Assembly (NCBI GenBank): GCA_963818965.1
Contig: CAWFUG010000009.1
Location: forward strand, 224,001 to 288,000
Direction: 5' to 3'
Origin: an uncultured Verrucomicrobiae bacterium
GTDB lineage: Bacteria; Chlamydiota; Chlamydiia; Chlamydiales; Rhabdochlamydiaceae
Length of the DNA: 64,000 nt
Shown here piece after piece: positions 1 through 9,346 of the stretch (position 1 is the stretch's first letter; every line of letters begins with the position of its first letter). The position numbers and the translations under genes are program-made. A model generated the notes under the pieces. The model was not told the DNA's origin. It saw only the letters and a program-made list of their open reading frames with translations, and did no database searches.

Positions 1-2
1 CG

Positions 3-827
3 CGATTTGATGGATCGGTTTGGTCAGAGCCTAAAGAGATCGTAAGCGCAGTGCACTCCGTATGTTGGAATCCCGTCCTCTGCAGACACCCTTCGGGAGA
101 GTTATTTTTGTTTTACCACGTGGGCCCTAATCCTCGCCAAGCGGTCCATTTTCTAAAAAAGTCACGCGATGGGGGTGTTTCTTGGTCGGAGCCAGAAATG
201 CTACCTGCCGGAATTACTGGCCCCACAAAAAATAAGCCGCTCGTAACGGGAGAGGGTACTCTCATTTGCCCTGCTTCTGTTTGTGTCGGCGAGCCGACAG
301 ATCTTTTTAAAGCGACGGCGTGCTGGATCGAAATTTCTGAGGATGGAGGCGCGCACTGGAAAAAAGTGGGGCCCCTCGAGGTCCCCGATCGAAAATTCGG
401 CGCCATTGAGCCTGCTCTTTTTCAGGATGGAGCAGGGCACCTGAGAATGCTCTGTAGGGACCGAGCGCACAAGGTCGGTGGGGTGGGTTTTATCTGGGAA
501 TCGATCTCTGAAGATGGCGGGCTCCATTGGTCAGAGTTGAGGCAGACAGAGCTACCGAATCCCGATTCTGGACTCGATGTCGCCGATTTGGGCGGCGGTA
601 AAGTCATCCTCTTCTACAACCACTCGCACACAGACCGGTTCCCGCTCCACATGGCGCTTTCTGTCGATGGTGGAAACCATTGGTTAGCACCTCTCGTATT
701 GGCTGAAGTCGGGGAGTTTCCGGCTGCGATCGCGACAGCGGATGGGTTGGTGCATGTCACGTATGCTACTCCCTGTGCAGAGTCGGAACAACGCCGCATT
801 AAGCACGTCATTATCGATCCGAGGTAA
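3..827 (+). CDS. BNR/Asp-box sialidase-like (exo-alpha-sialidase family) protein, 5' end outside the window
   Basis: Four Asp-boxes (SRDGGVSW, SEDGGAHW, SEDGGLHW, SVDGGNHW), GPTKNKP and LPNPDSG motifs; the frame is open back to position 3 (RFDGSVWSEP). Confidence 0.8.
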   Translation, partial: RFDGSVWSEPKEIVSAVHSVCWNPVLCRHPSGELFLFYHVGPNPRQAVHFLKKSRDGGVSWSEPEMLPAGITGPTKNKPLVTGEGTLICPASVCVGEPTDLFKATACWIEISEDGGAHWKKVGPLEVPDRKFGAIEPALFQDGAGHLRMLCRDRAHKVGGVGFIWESISEDGGLHWSELRQTELPNPDSGLDVADLGGGKVILFYNHSHTDRFPLHMALSVDGGNHWLAPLVLAEVGEFPAAIATADGLVHVTYATPCAESEQRRIKHVIIDPR

Positions 828-837
828 TTTTATACTT

Positions 838-1890
838 TCATTGCTTTAGTCTTTCTTCGATCCAATCATAGGCCCTTATGAGTGGAGCGCGATCTTCGGG
901 GAGCTTGGAGAAATAGATCTTCTCATTTTGGAAATCGATGAAAATGAGGTTCTCGTCGATGAATTCCATGCCGATTACTGCATCGAGACCTATAGGGGAT
1001 TGCATTTTTACGAAATTGACAGGCCCGAATTCTTCGCCTCCTATCTGAAATGTTTTGGTGTCCCAATGATCTTTTTCATTAAAGATGAGATGATTTTCGT
1101 TATTGAAATTCCATTCTTGGGGATGTTCTAGATCAATAGTTGTGTGGTTTTGGTTGTGGTTCTCGGAACCCCTATTTAAAAGATTCCAGGTTGCTCCTGT
1201 ATCTAATGTGCAGCGCAAGGGTCCTGCTTCAGAGATAGCTTCGAAATCGATGAGATGTCGATCTAACAAAAGGGGGGTTTCCACGAATGCATCCACTGGG
1301 TAGCCCTGTTGTTTTAGGGTATCCAAACTATCGCATACGATGATGGCAGAATGTTCGCAATCAAGCAGTATGTTAAAGGATCTAAAAACATACCAACCCA
1401 TTCTTCCTAAATGGTCTTCAGAGATTTCTTTTTCTCCTTTCTTAAGGACACTATCTTCTATGAATTCCAAGTTTTCTGCAGCTATCGTCATAGGAAAAAT
1501 CTTCAATTTTCCTATATGTATTTCTGGCACTTCATAGATATCATATTCATAAGATTTACCCCTAAGGCCACAAAAAGTTTCCTTTCCTAAGAATGATTTT
1601 TTTTCAAGGTTTTGGATAAAGTCCTTAGGCAGACGAATTCCTCCTGAAAAACCTAGATCGACTTTTGTCAATACCGTTTCATTTTCAATTTTTACTTCTA
1701 GTTGGGGATCATTTGCGCGAGAAAATGAATTGATCTTTAAAGGAACAAAATATTTTTCCTCAGTAAAGAAACCCGATGTTTCCATCGGGTCTTGAAAAGA
1801 AGGCTTTTTCAAAAGAAAATAGCTCGCCAATGCACAAATAAGGGAGATCGCTAGAAGAAGCTGTCGTTTCTGCGTGCTAGTTTTGTTCAT
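838..1890 (-). CDS. Membrane-anchored two-lobed retropepsin-like aspartic protease
   Basis: N-terminal hydrophobic helix; lobe 1 VDLG...GRMG (degenerate), lobe 2 LDTGA...VIGMEFI. Confidence 0.65.
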   Translation of the reverse strand: MNKTSTQKRQLLLAISLICALASYFLLKKPSFQDPMETSGFFTEEKYFVPLKINSFSRANDPQLEVKIENETVLTKVDLGFSGGIRLPKDFIQNLEKKSFLGKETFCGLRGKSYEYDIYEVPEIHIGKLKIFPMTIAAENLEFIEDSVLKKGEKEISEDHLGRMGWYVFRSFNILLDCEHSAIIVCDSLDTLKQQGYPVDAFVETPLLLDRHLIDFEAISEAGPLRCTLDTGATWNLLNRGSENHNQNHTTIDLEHPQEWNFNNENHLIFNEKDHWDTKTFQIGGEEFGPVNFVKMQSPIGLDAVIGMEFIDENLIFIDFQNEKIYFSKLPEDRAPLIRAYDWIEERLKQ

Positions 1891-2770
1891 ATCCCCCTCG
1901 GGCGCTTACACCCGTTTCGCCTTTATCATTTTGTCTAACCTCTGCCTCGACACGCCCATGGCCATCCTCATACCCACCTTTAGCAGAAGCACCCCATTCT
2001 GTCCCGTTTGGCCCTGTTTTAAAATCGATCGAGCCCTCGGCATATACGCCTCTTCCCCCATTATCGTTATCTCTTCCTCCGCCTCCTCCCCCCCGTCTAA
2101 TGGGCAGGATTTCAACGCCTTCTGTGCTAGACAGGTCTTTTTCCGGTGCTGATTGAAACAGAGAAAATCGTTGTTTCACCACTGTTAGGGTTCCAGGCAA
2201 ATCAACTAGCAGGATGGAGGTTGTCGCATCGTCATCCGTATTAGTTAAATTGATGGTCTGGCGTGATACGTCATTTGAGCGAACATAGGCCTTGTATCGA
2301 TTAGCTCCATGAATGACAAATTCCAATACTTCTTCATTGGGTATATTTTCTTCCTCAGAGAGGATGACGGTTGCTTGTGAAAGAGGATATTTACTTGCGA
2401 TAAATGATCCCCGTTTCTGCTTAGGAATGTGGATGAAATGTGCATAAGTTTTCTGTAGCATTTCGTATAAATGAGAAGCCCGTTGGGTAGAAGTATTGGT
2501 CATATGCACGACATCAGCATCGCCGTATAAAATGCGTTCTGCTATGTCGTCGACTTGCATCGCCGATGGAAGATCTAGATTGAGAATGGTCATATCGGTA
2601 AAAGAAGGTTCTTTTTCCGGAAGAGCATTTCGCAGGTGGAAGGGCTGGTTGTTTGTATTGTAAGCTGTAAGATCGTACTGAAAAAGAGGGTTGGTTTCTT
2701 CTGGTTCTGGGGAGGTAGCAAAGATTGTATTTACTATCACTAAACAGGGAAAAACGAGGTGCATTTTCAT
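1877..2770 (-). CDS. Secreted hypothetical protein with degenerate EEP-like segment and Gly-rich C-terminal tail
   Basis: Signal-like N-terminus, AGGAG RBS; DADVVHM...GSFIASKYPL resembles EEP-fold motifs without the catalytic QE; overlaps the protease start by 14 nt. Confidence 0.55.
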   Translation of the reverse strand: MKMHLVFPCLVIVNTIFATSPEPEETNPLFQYDLTAYNTNNQPFHLRNALPEKEPSFTDMTILNLDLPSAMQVDDIAERILYGDADVVHMTNTSTQRASHLYEMLQKTYAHFIHIPKQKRGSFIASKYPLSQATVILSEEENIPNEEVLEFVIHGANRYKAYVRSNDVSRQTINLTNTDDDATTSILLVDLPGTLTVVKQRFSLFQSAPEKDLSSTEGVEILPIRRGGGGGGRDNDNGGRGVYAEGSIDFKTGPNGTEWGASAKGGYEDGHGRVEAEVRQNDKGETGVSARGGYEQN

Positions 2771-2818
2771 AGAACTCTCCTAAAGAAAAAGTTTCTGCGA
2801 TAAGCTAGCAAATTTTAA

Positions 2819-2839
2819 AAATTTCGCAAAGCGAAATTT
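2819..2839 (-). terminator. Hairpin, possible intrinsic terminator
   Basis: AAATTTCGC-AAA-GCGAAATTT directly after the stop of 2841..3158. Confidence 0.4.
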
Positions 2840-2840
2840 A

Positions 2841-3158
2841 TTAATCTTTAGCGGGCCACTTGAAGGTAAAGGAGACACTCGTCGAATCATCGTCTTTGTC
2901 TTCTTCTTTTTCTTCTCTATCTCTAAAACGCGTGCTCTTTTTTTTCTCTGAGGTATGTTGTTTCTGCCATTTTTTGAATTCTATTCGGTGTTGCGAAGCA
3001 GGATCCAGGTTTTTGCCTTTTGCGATGACCTTGACGTTGCCGATGGTCTCTTCTCGGATGACGACAGAGGGGTCTTCTTTTTTTGTGTTCTTGGAGTCTT
3101 CGGCACATAGGTAAGTCGCAAGGGAGAGGGATAAGATAGTAAGAAATTTCTTTTTCAT
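2841..3158 (-). CDS. Small secreted charged hypothetical protein
   Basis: MKKKFLTILSLSLATYLCA signal peptide; K/E/D-rich body. Confidence 0.65.
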   Translation of the reverse strand: MKKKFLTILSLSLATYLCAEDSKNTKKEDPSVVIREETIGNVKVIAKGKNLDPASQHRIEFKKWQKQHTSEKKKSTRFRDREEKEEDKDDDSTSVSFTFKWPAKD

Positions 3159-3283
3159 AGTTGGCCTTTTTTGGTTTCTGAAACGATAACATAAGAGTTG
3201 GGGGTGGATGCAAGAGGAATTTTCCTATTTTTAAGCGCTGTGTTATTATGCGCGTCACGAATCCTTCTAAGGGAGAGTAAGTC

Positions 3284-5053
3284 ATGGTGTCCTATAGGGA
3301 GTTGGTCGGTTTTTTGTGGCGTTTTGTGCGGCGGCAGAGGGGGAAGTTTTTTTCAATTATGCTCCTGGATGCGTGCGCGTGGCCGCTCGATGCTCTGGTG
3401 TGGCCTTATATCTTGCATCTCGTCGTGGATATTTTTACGCGGTTCGATGCGAACCGGGGGGCGGCATGGCAGGAATTGCGAGGGCCGGCTCTATTGGGTG
3501 TGAGCTTAGTCGTCTTTGTCGAGGTGACCTCGCGGACGATGGGATTTTTGTGGGCCAAGGCAATGCCGAAGCTGCAGGCGGATATCCGGATGGAGATGTT
3601 CGATCACGTTCAGCACCATTCTCCTCGCTATTTCAATGAGCGATTTGCGGGGAGTCTTGCGAACAAGATGACCGATATGACGACGCAGGCGGACGCGATT
3701 CTCCAGCAATTATTCTGGCCGATCGTCCCGGCGATTGTCACTTGTGCCGCGGCTGTGGTGATTTTATGGTTTACAAGTCCCATTTTTGCGGGGATCTTGC
3801 TCGCTTGGATTGCGATTCATCTCGGGATCACTTTTAAATTCATCCGCCCGGTCGATGCTTATGAGCACCGGCATGGAGAAGCGCGGAGTACTCTTTTGGG
3901 AAGGATCGTCGACAGTTTTACCAATAATTTTGCCGTCAATCTGTTTTACCGATTTCGACAGGAGAAGAGCACTCTCATGCCGTTTCAAAATGCAGAGGAA
4001 ACGACGAATGTGCAAGCGAAATGGTATGTCGAAAAGATGTTCTGTTTGACCTCTTTTTTCTTTCTCATCACGCTCTTCCTCGGGATGAATGGTTTTTTGA
4101 TCTATCTGTGGCTCGACAATCGGATCAGCGCGGGTCAGGTCATTCAGGTGTTTAGCATCGTGTGGAATGTGGCGAGCATCATGTGGGTAGTGGGTCGCTC
4201 TTTGCCGGTCTTCTTTCAGGCTTTCGGCATTGCAAAACAAGCCTATTCTGTCATGCACGATCCGCAAGATATCGGAGACACATCGGGTGCGAAAAAACTC
4301 TCGATTTCTTCGGGGGGTATTGCTTTCGAAGAGGTTTCTTTTCGCTACGGAGAAAAGGCGCTTTTTGAGAATAAGAATGTCCAGATTCGGGGTGGGGAAA
4401 AGGTCGGTCTCGTCGGTTTTACGGGGGCTGGCAAATCTACTTTTATCAATTTGATCCTCCGCTTTTTCCCGCTTTCTGGAGGCAAAATTTGCATCGATGG
4501 GCAGGACATCGCGCATGTCACTTTAGAGTCGCTCCGCGGCCAAATCGCTCTGATTCCTCAGGATCCTCTTCTCTTTCACCGGACGTTGCGCGAGAACATC
4601 GCTTTCGGAAAATCAGATGCTACAGAAGAGGAAATCTTCAACGCTGCGCTTCTGGCGCACTGCGATGAGTTCATCCGACAAATCCCCGGCGGTTACGAGG
4701 CGAAAGTGGGGGAAAGAGGCACCAAGCTCTCTGGAGGGGAGAAGCAGCGGATCGCAATCGCCCGGGCGATTTTAGCTGACGCGCCCATTCTTATCTTGGA
4801 TGAGGCGACATCCTCTCTAGATTCTGTGACGGAGAGGTATATCCAAGACAGCCTGGACAAACTCATGCAGAATCGCACGACGATCGTAATCGCGCACCGC
4901 CTCTCCACCCTCTCTCGCATGGACCGCATCCTGGTGCTGGACAAGGGCAAGATCGTGGAAGAAGGGACCCACGCCGATCTATTGGGTAAGGGCGGTCTCT
5001 ATGCGCACATGTGGAAGATGCAGGTCGGTGGGTTTTTACCTGAGGCGCCTTAA
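3284..5053 (+). CDS. ABC exporter, fused permease/ATP-binding protein
   Basis: N-terminal TM domain; Walker A GFTGAGKS, signature LSGGEKQR, Walker B ILILDEATS, IAHRLST. Confidence 0.95.
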   Translation: MVSYRELVGFLWRFVRRQRGKFFSIMLLDACAWPLDALVWPYILHLVVDIFTRFDANRGAAWQELRGPALLGVSLVVFVEVTSRTMGFLWAKAMPKLQADIRMEMFDHVQHHSPRYFNERFAGSLANKMTDMTTQADAILQQLFWPIVPAIVTCAAAVVILWFTSPIFAGILLAWIAIHLGITFKFIRPVDAYEHRHGEARSTLLGRIVDSFTNNFAVNLFYRFRQEKSTLMPFQNAEETTNVQAKWYVEKMFCLTSFFFLITLFLGMNGFLIYLWLDNRISAGQVIQVFSIVWNVASIMWVVGRSLPVFFQAFGIAKQAYSVMHDPQDIGDTSGAKKLSISSGGIAFEEVSFRYGEKALFENKNVQIRGGEKVGLVGFTGAGKSTFINLILRFFPLSGGKICIDGQDIAHVTLESLRGQIALIPQDPLLFHRTLRENIAFGKSDATEEEIFNAALLAHCDEFIRQIPGGYEAKVGERGTKLSGGEKQRIAIARAILADAPILILDEATSSLDSVTERYIQDSLDKLMQNRTTIVIAHRLSTLSRMDRILVLDKGKIVEEGTHADLLGKGGLYAHMWKMQVGGFLPEAP

Positions 5054-5144
5054 GATTTGGCCGTGGAGGCTCTTGCGGCAATACAGCGGTGGTAAGATAT
5101 TTTCTGAAGGTGCTATAACTGCTCATCTCAAAGGGGAGGAGTGC

Positions 5145-5786
5145 ATGCTCAAGGCGCTGTCGTTTTTTACAATCATCTCAAGTACTTTATTTTCAGGAGA
5201 AGACATGACGCAAATTCAGGTTTTAAAGGGGAAGGAAGTTGCTCGGTATATCGATGCTCTCGTCGATTTAAGGAGTTCCTATTTTCGGGAATATCCCTAT
5301 TTTTATCAGGTAAATCTATCTGCAGAAAAAGAATATTTGGCGATGTATTCCAGTAGTCCCCATACAGTTTTTATCGTGGCAGGAGAGGAGCCAGTGGGAG
5401 TATTGACTGGATGTCCTTTAACAGAGTCTGCTGAGTTCTATCAGCGGCCGTTCGTAAATAAGAAAATGGATCTCAATAAGGTGTTTTGTCTGGGAGAATT
5501 CGTTTTTCAAAACGGATATGAAAACGAAGTGATACAAAAAAAAATGTACGAAAAACTGGAAGAACAGATTCAAAAAGAGCAAAAATACAATCAAATGCTC
5601 GTTTATGAAGTAGTGTGTCCCGAAAATGACTCTGAGCCTTCTGACTATGTTTCAATGGAAGAATTCTGGGAAAAGATGGGATTTGTCAAACAGGATGATT
5701 TTTCCTATTCTATGCCTTGGGAAGATAGTCGTACAAACCAACAGGTTGACCATACCCTCGTTGCCTGGCTTAAAAACATTGAATAG
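5145..5786 (+). CDS. GNAT-like acetyltransferase with signal-like N-terminus
   Basis: GGAGG RBS before ATG 5145; LR..YFREYPYFY, LGEFV and FWEKMGF motifs of a GNAT subfamily. Confidence 0.6.
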   Translation: MLKALSFFTIISSTLFSGEDMTQIQVLKGKEVARYIDALVDLRSSYFREYPYFYQVNLSAEKEYLAMYSSSPHTVFIVAGEEPVGVLTGCPLTESAEFYQRPFVNKKMDLNKVFCLGEFVFQNGYENEVIQKKMYEKLEEQIQKEQKYNQMLVYEVVCPENDSEPSDYVSMEEFWEKMGFVKQDDFSYSMPWEDSRTNQQVDHTLVAWLKNIE

Positions 5787-5820
5787 AAAGAATTCCAAAC
5801 AGATTGCGGGAGATCGTTAT

Positions 5821-6216
5821 ATGAAAAGAATTTTATGTTTATTGCTAACAGCATTCATCTTTCTCAGTTCAATCGATTCTCATGCACATGGGGTTGAGAA
5901 TTTTAAAAACTACGTCTACAATGACGAAGGAGATCCCGTCTTCATTAAGATTTATATCCAAGCTTCGAAAACAGAACGTCAACACACAAATAGCGGGTCC
6001 TTTCAACAAGATTGTTTGCACCAACTTTTAGTTCGAATATCTCAGGAAGATCAGAAAGGAAGTTATGTAGTGATCCCAATTAAGAAGAAAAAAGACAAAG
6101 ATGATAATGATGATGAAAGCACTTGGGAGTGTCCCTATTGTGGAAGAATTAACAAAGCTTCACAAAATCGATGTGGTACGAAAGGATGCGTTCTTAATGG
6201 CTACAACGGATCTTAG
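5821..6216 (+). CDS. Secreted hypothetical protein with C-terminal Cys4 zinc ribbon
   Basis: GGAG RBS; signal peptide; WECPYCGRIN...C....C. Confidence 0.65.
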   Translation: MKRILCLLLTAFIFLSSIDSHAHGVENFKNYVYNDEGDPVFIKIYIQASKTERQHTNSGSFQQDCLHQLLVRISQEDQKGSYVVIPIKKKKDKDDNDDESTWECPYCGRINKASQNRCGTKGCVLNGYNGS

Positions 6217-6224
6217 GAAAAGCG

Positions 6225-7187
6225 TTAATACTCTGCGTTGTCTGCTGCGCGGATGAGTTCCAAGGTTTTCTCCAAAAAAGAAATGCCTTGGTAGGTTCGC
6301 GTCAGTTTTTTATGAAGCTTGGTGTATTGTTTTTGCAGGAGCCAAGTTTCTGGATTTGAGACGTCCACACGGAACCCTAACCCAGTATTGAATAAAAATC
6401 TTCGAGATACGTGGTCCCTTATCCCTATTTTAAAAAATGCTTCCAATGCAGCCAATTCATGTTCCAGCTTTTTCAAATGCGCAGCGGATGGTTTTTTTAA
6501 TGTAAATCCGAGCCGTCCCATAGAAGTGAGAAGGGTTGTCATTTTGTGGAATAGTGCTGCATTTCTTTCGCCGTACCCTAAGCAAATTCCCAGAAGATCC
6601 TCTCTTGAATAGAACTTTTCCTTGAATTTTTGATCGTGCAAAAGAAGGCTGAATAACGATTCTTTGTCCAGAATTAAGGGGTTAAGATCTGTGAATTTGT
6701 GAAAGTGTCGATCTAAAAGAGAAAGCATCAGATGTTTGTTGAGTACAGTCACTTGCATAAAATGAAGCTCTTCATCATTTTCAAATACATCGAAAAAGAT
6801 ATTTTTCCCGCAAAAAAGGTGCTCATATTTTTTCCAAATTTCTAATCCTTTATGAAAAAGGGCGTTCTCATTATCGAATCCCTCAAAAAAAAGATCCAAT
6901 CGATCCAAACTGTCCAAACGGTAGGAATTTACAATCAGTTTGGGTTTTAAATAGGAATAAAAACTCATCGGTTTTCCACCTAACAGGGTATAACCTATGG
7001 CATCTTCCTGAATTAAACATCTAAAGAAGAATTCTAAAAAAAAGCGCTCCTTTGAGGGTAGAGAAGAGAGGAATTTTTTTATGTCCATTTGCTTTGTGGA
7101 TATTTTCCCATGTCCGGAGATGCATCCAAAAATAAGGAGCAAAAAGAGAAGAAAGGGAACGATTTTTTGGATGGGAGAGTGGCGCAT
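6225..7187 (-). CDS. Hypothetical protein (possible lipoprotein)
   Basis: 320-aa ORF; hydrophobic N-terminus ending IFGC; GYTLLGGKP and LLGICLGYG..NA motifs. Confidence 0.65.
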   Translation of the reverse strand: MRHSPIQKIVPFLLFLLLIFGCISGHGKISTKQMDIKKFLSSLPSKERFFLEFFFRCLIQEDAIGYTLLGGKPMSFYSYLKPKLIVNSYRLDSLDRLDLFFEGFDNENALFHKGLEIWKKYEHLFCGKNIFFDVFENDEELHFMQVTVLNKHLMLSLLDRHFHKFTDLNPLILDKESLFSLLLHDQKFKEKFYSREDLLGICLGYGERNAALFHKMTTLLTSMGRLGFTLKKPSAAHLKKLEHELAALEAFFKIGIRDHVSRRFLFNTGLGFRVDVSNPETWLLQKQYTKLHKKLTRTYQGISFLEKTLELIRAADNAEY

Positions 7188-7231
7188 GAGATAATTCTAC
7201 ACAAAGCTGAGGTTAAAACCAATTTCTTGGT

Positions 7232-9190
7232 CTACTCGGAGACCTGGGCGCTGGAGCTGGTTATACTATTGGGATCGACTGGTTGGTAGCGGCCCCTTAG
7301 GTGCTCGAATAAAAAGCGCTCTGCGTGATCGAGATAGAGCATTTTATTCGAGAAGTTGGCGAAGCGATGTCCTTCATCGGGGAATAAGATGTAAGTCACT
7401 TGCTTGTGGTTTGCTTTCATGCTGTCGTAGATTTGTTGAGAGGCTTTTTCTGTGACGATGTGGTCATTTTTGCCGTGGACTAGGAGGAGGGGAGCTTTGA
7501 TGGCCTCTAAGTAGTTGAGGGGGGAGCATTTTTCTAAGTAGTCGATTCCCTCGGGTGTATCGGGATTGCCGCCCATGCTGATGATAAATGCTTGTTTGGT
7601 GAAGAACATGAGCTTGTCGGAAAGGGGGCTCGAAGTGAATTCCCAAAATTTAGGCACGTTGTCGAGGATGGTTTTAAGATGGGAAGGGGCGCAAAGGGCT
7701 ATGCAGCAGGTGAAATAGTCTGGGGAAAAGGTGAGACCGGCGAGGGCTTCATAGCCGCCGTAACTCCCTCCAAAGATAGCTAGCTTGTCTCTTTGTGTAA
7801 TCCCTTTTTCGATGCAGGCTTCTACGGCATCGATGACATCGAGGTGCGCTTTTCCGCCCCATTCGCCATTACCTGCATTGACAAACGCTTTTCCAAAGCC
7901 AGAGGAGAGGCGGAAATTCACGCTGAGGACTGCATAACCGCAACTGGCGAGCCATTGGTGATACGGGTTGAATTGAAATTTGTCTCTGACTTTGAAAGGC
8001 CCTCCATGAGGTACGACGACGAGAGGGATTGGTTTCTCGACGTAGCCGCCTTTATCGCATTCTCGCGGGAGAGTGTAGTAACAGGTGAGCTTCTGTCCAT
8101 CTCTTGCGTCGATGACTATCGAGTACATCTGCGCAAAGCTGTCATTTTCAGATGGGGAAGAGAGAAGGGAAGAGAGGGTTTGTTTGTTTCTATCATAGAG
8201 CCAGAATTGTCCGCCTCTATCGGGAATGCTGTTTGAGACGATCCACCTCTTTCCAGATCTGCTGCTATTGATGACTTCAAAATTAGGACCGGCGTGTTTT
8301 TCGAGGAAGGCGAGGTCGCTTTCGATTGCGGTATCGATAGCGTGCCATTTTTTCTGCTCGTAGTAGGAGGCGTAGGCCTTGGCTTCTCCTGCGATGAAGA
8401 GGACTTCGTCGATGTCGCTTTCAAGGGATGCTCCTAGGATCTTTTCATCGCTGGAGAGGGATAGAGATTTGAGGATGAGCTGGTTGGTGTCGGAGAAGCG
8501 GTTATCCAAGAGGTAGACTGCGTGGTTTTTTTCGTCATAAGAGAGGAATTCTGTGTGGAAGGCATCAGCAGAGGAGAGTTGCATGAAAATAGCGTCATCA
8601 GCAGTGAGTACTGTCCACGAACCGTCTGTATCATCGATCCGTATTTTCAGGATGAGCTCTAGATTGTCGCTGACGAGGAATTTTGCATAAGCGTCATTTT
8701 GAAAAAGAAGCTCGCATTGGCCAGAGTCTAAATTTAAGCGGTAGAGATCGTGAAAATGGGGGGTTCTGTGATTGAGGCCGATGACAGCGCTGTTGTTTTG
8801 AGAGCTGATTTGAATGACTTTGGCATTGACGGGAGAAAATTTCTCTGTATAGACGACGTGTTCTTTGGAGAGGATGTCGATGCCGTGCAAGTGGAGTTGC
8901 CCTGTCCCGTTTTCATCCTTGAGAAGCAAGATTTTTTTGCCATCGCCGGACCAAAAAAATTGGATGATTTCTTGGGTATCGAAGGAGGTGATCTGTTCTT
9001 TTACATTTAGAAATACATTGGAAATGCCGTTGGCATCGGCGCCGACGGAAGCGATCGACTTTCCATCAGGACTGATTTTTGCTGAAATGAGAGAGGGCTT
9101 TGCGAAGAGTTCCTCTTTTAAAACAGAAGCGCTTTGTGCTGTGATAAAGGACATGAGTATACCTAAACAAATGAAAAATAGACGAGCCAT
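7232..9190 (-). CDS. S9 family serine peptidase (prolyl oligopeptidase/acylaminoacyl peptidase-like)
   Basis: HGGP, GGSYGG nucleophile, HGKND, FPDEGH; beta-propeller-like N-terminal half. Confidence 0.92.
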   Translation of the reverse strand: MARLFFICLGILMSFITAQSASVLKEELFAKPSLISAKISPDGKSIASVGADANGISNVFLNVKEQITSFDTQEIIQFFWSGDGKKILLLKDENGTGQLHLHGIDILSKEHVVYTEKFSPVNAKVIQISSQNNSAVIGLNHRTPHFHDLYRLNLDSGQCELLFQNDAYAKFLVSDNLELILKIRIDDTDGSWTVLTADDAIFMQLSSADAFHTEFLSYDEKNHAVYLLDNRFSDTNQLILKSLSLSSDEKILGASLESDIDEVLFIAGEAKAYASYYEQKKWHAIDTAIESDLAFLEKHAGPNFEVINSSRSGKRWIVSNSIPDRGGQFWLYDRNKQTLSSLLSSPSENDSFAQMYSIVIDARDGQKLTCYYTLPRECDKGGYVEKPIPLVVVPHGGPFKVRDKFQFNPYHQWLASCGYAVLSVNFRLSSGFGKAFVNAGNGEWGGKAHLDVIDAVEACIEKGITQRDKLAIFGGSYGGYEALAGLTFSPDYFTCCIALCAPSHLKTILDNVPKFWEFTSSPLSDKLMFFTKQAFIISMGGNPDTPEGIDYLEKCSPLNYLEAIKAPLLLVHGKNDHIVTEKASQQIYDSMKANHKQVTYILFPDEGHRFANFSNKMLYLDHAERFLFEHLRGRYQPVDPNSITSSSAQVSE

Positions 9191-9274
9191 GAGGAAGAAT
9201 TTTAGCAGGGGGGGGTGTTTTCCGTCTATTATTCAGAAGTTATCCGTAGGACAACTTCTGAATTCATTGAGATG

Positions 9275-9341
9275 TACCACAGTCGGCTTGAAACTTCGAA
9301 TTTGGCGCGGCCAAATTCGAAGTTTCAAGCCGACTGTGGTA
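9275..9341. repeat. Perfect 32-bp inverted repeat (palindromic element)
   Basis: TACCACAGTCGGCTTGAAACTTCGAATTTGGC-GCG-GCCAAATTCGAAGTTTCAAGCCGACTGTGGTA. Confidence 0.9.
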
Positions 9342-9346
9342 TAGCG

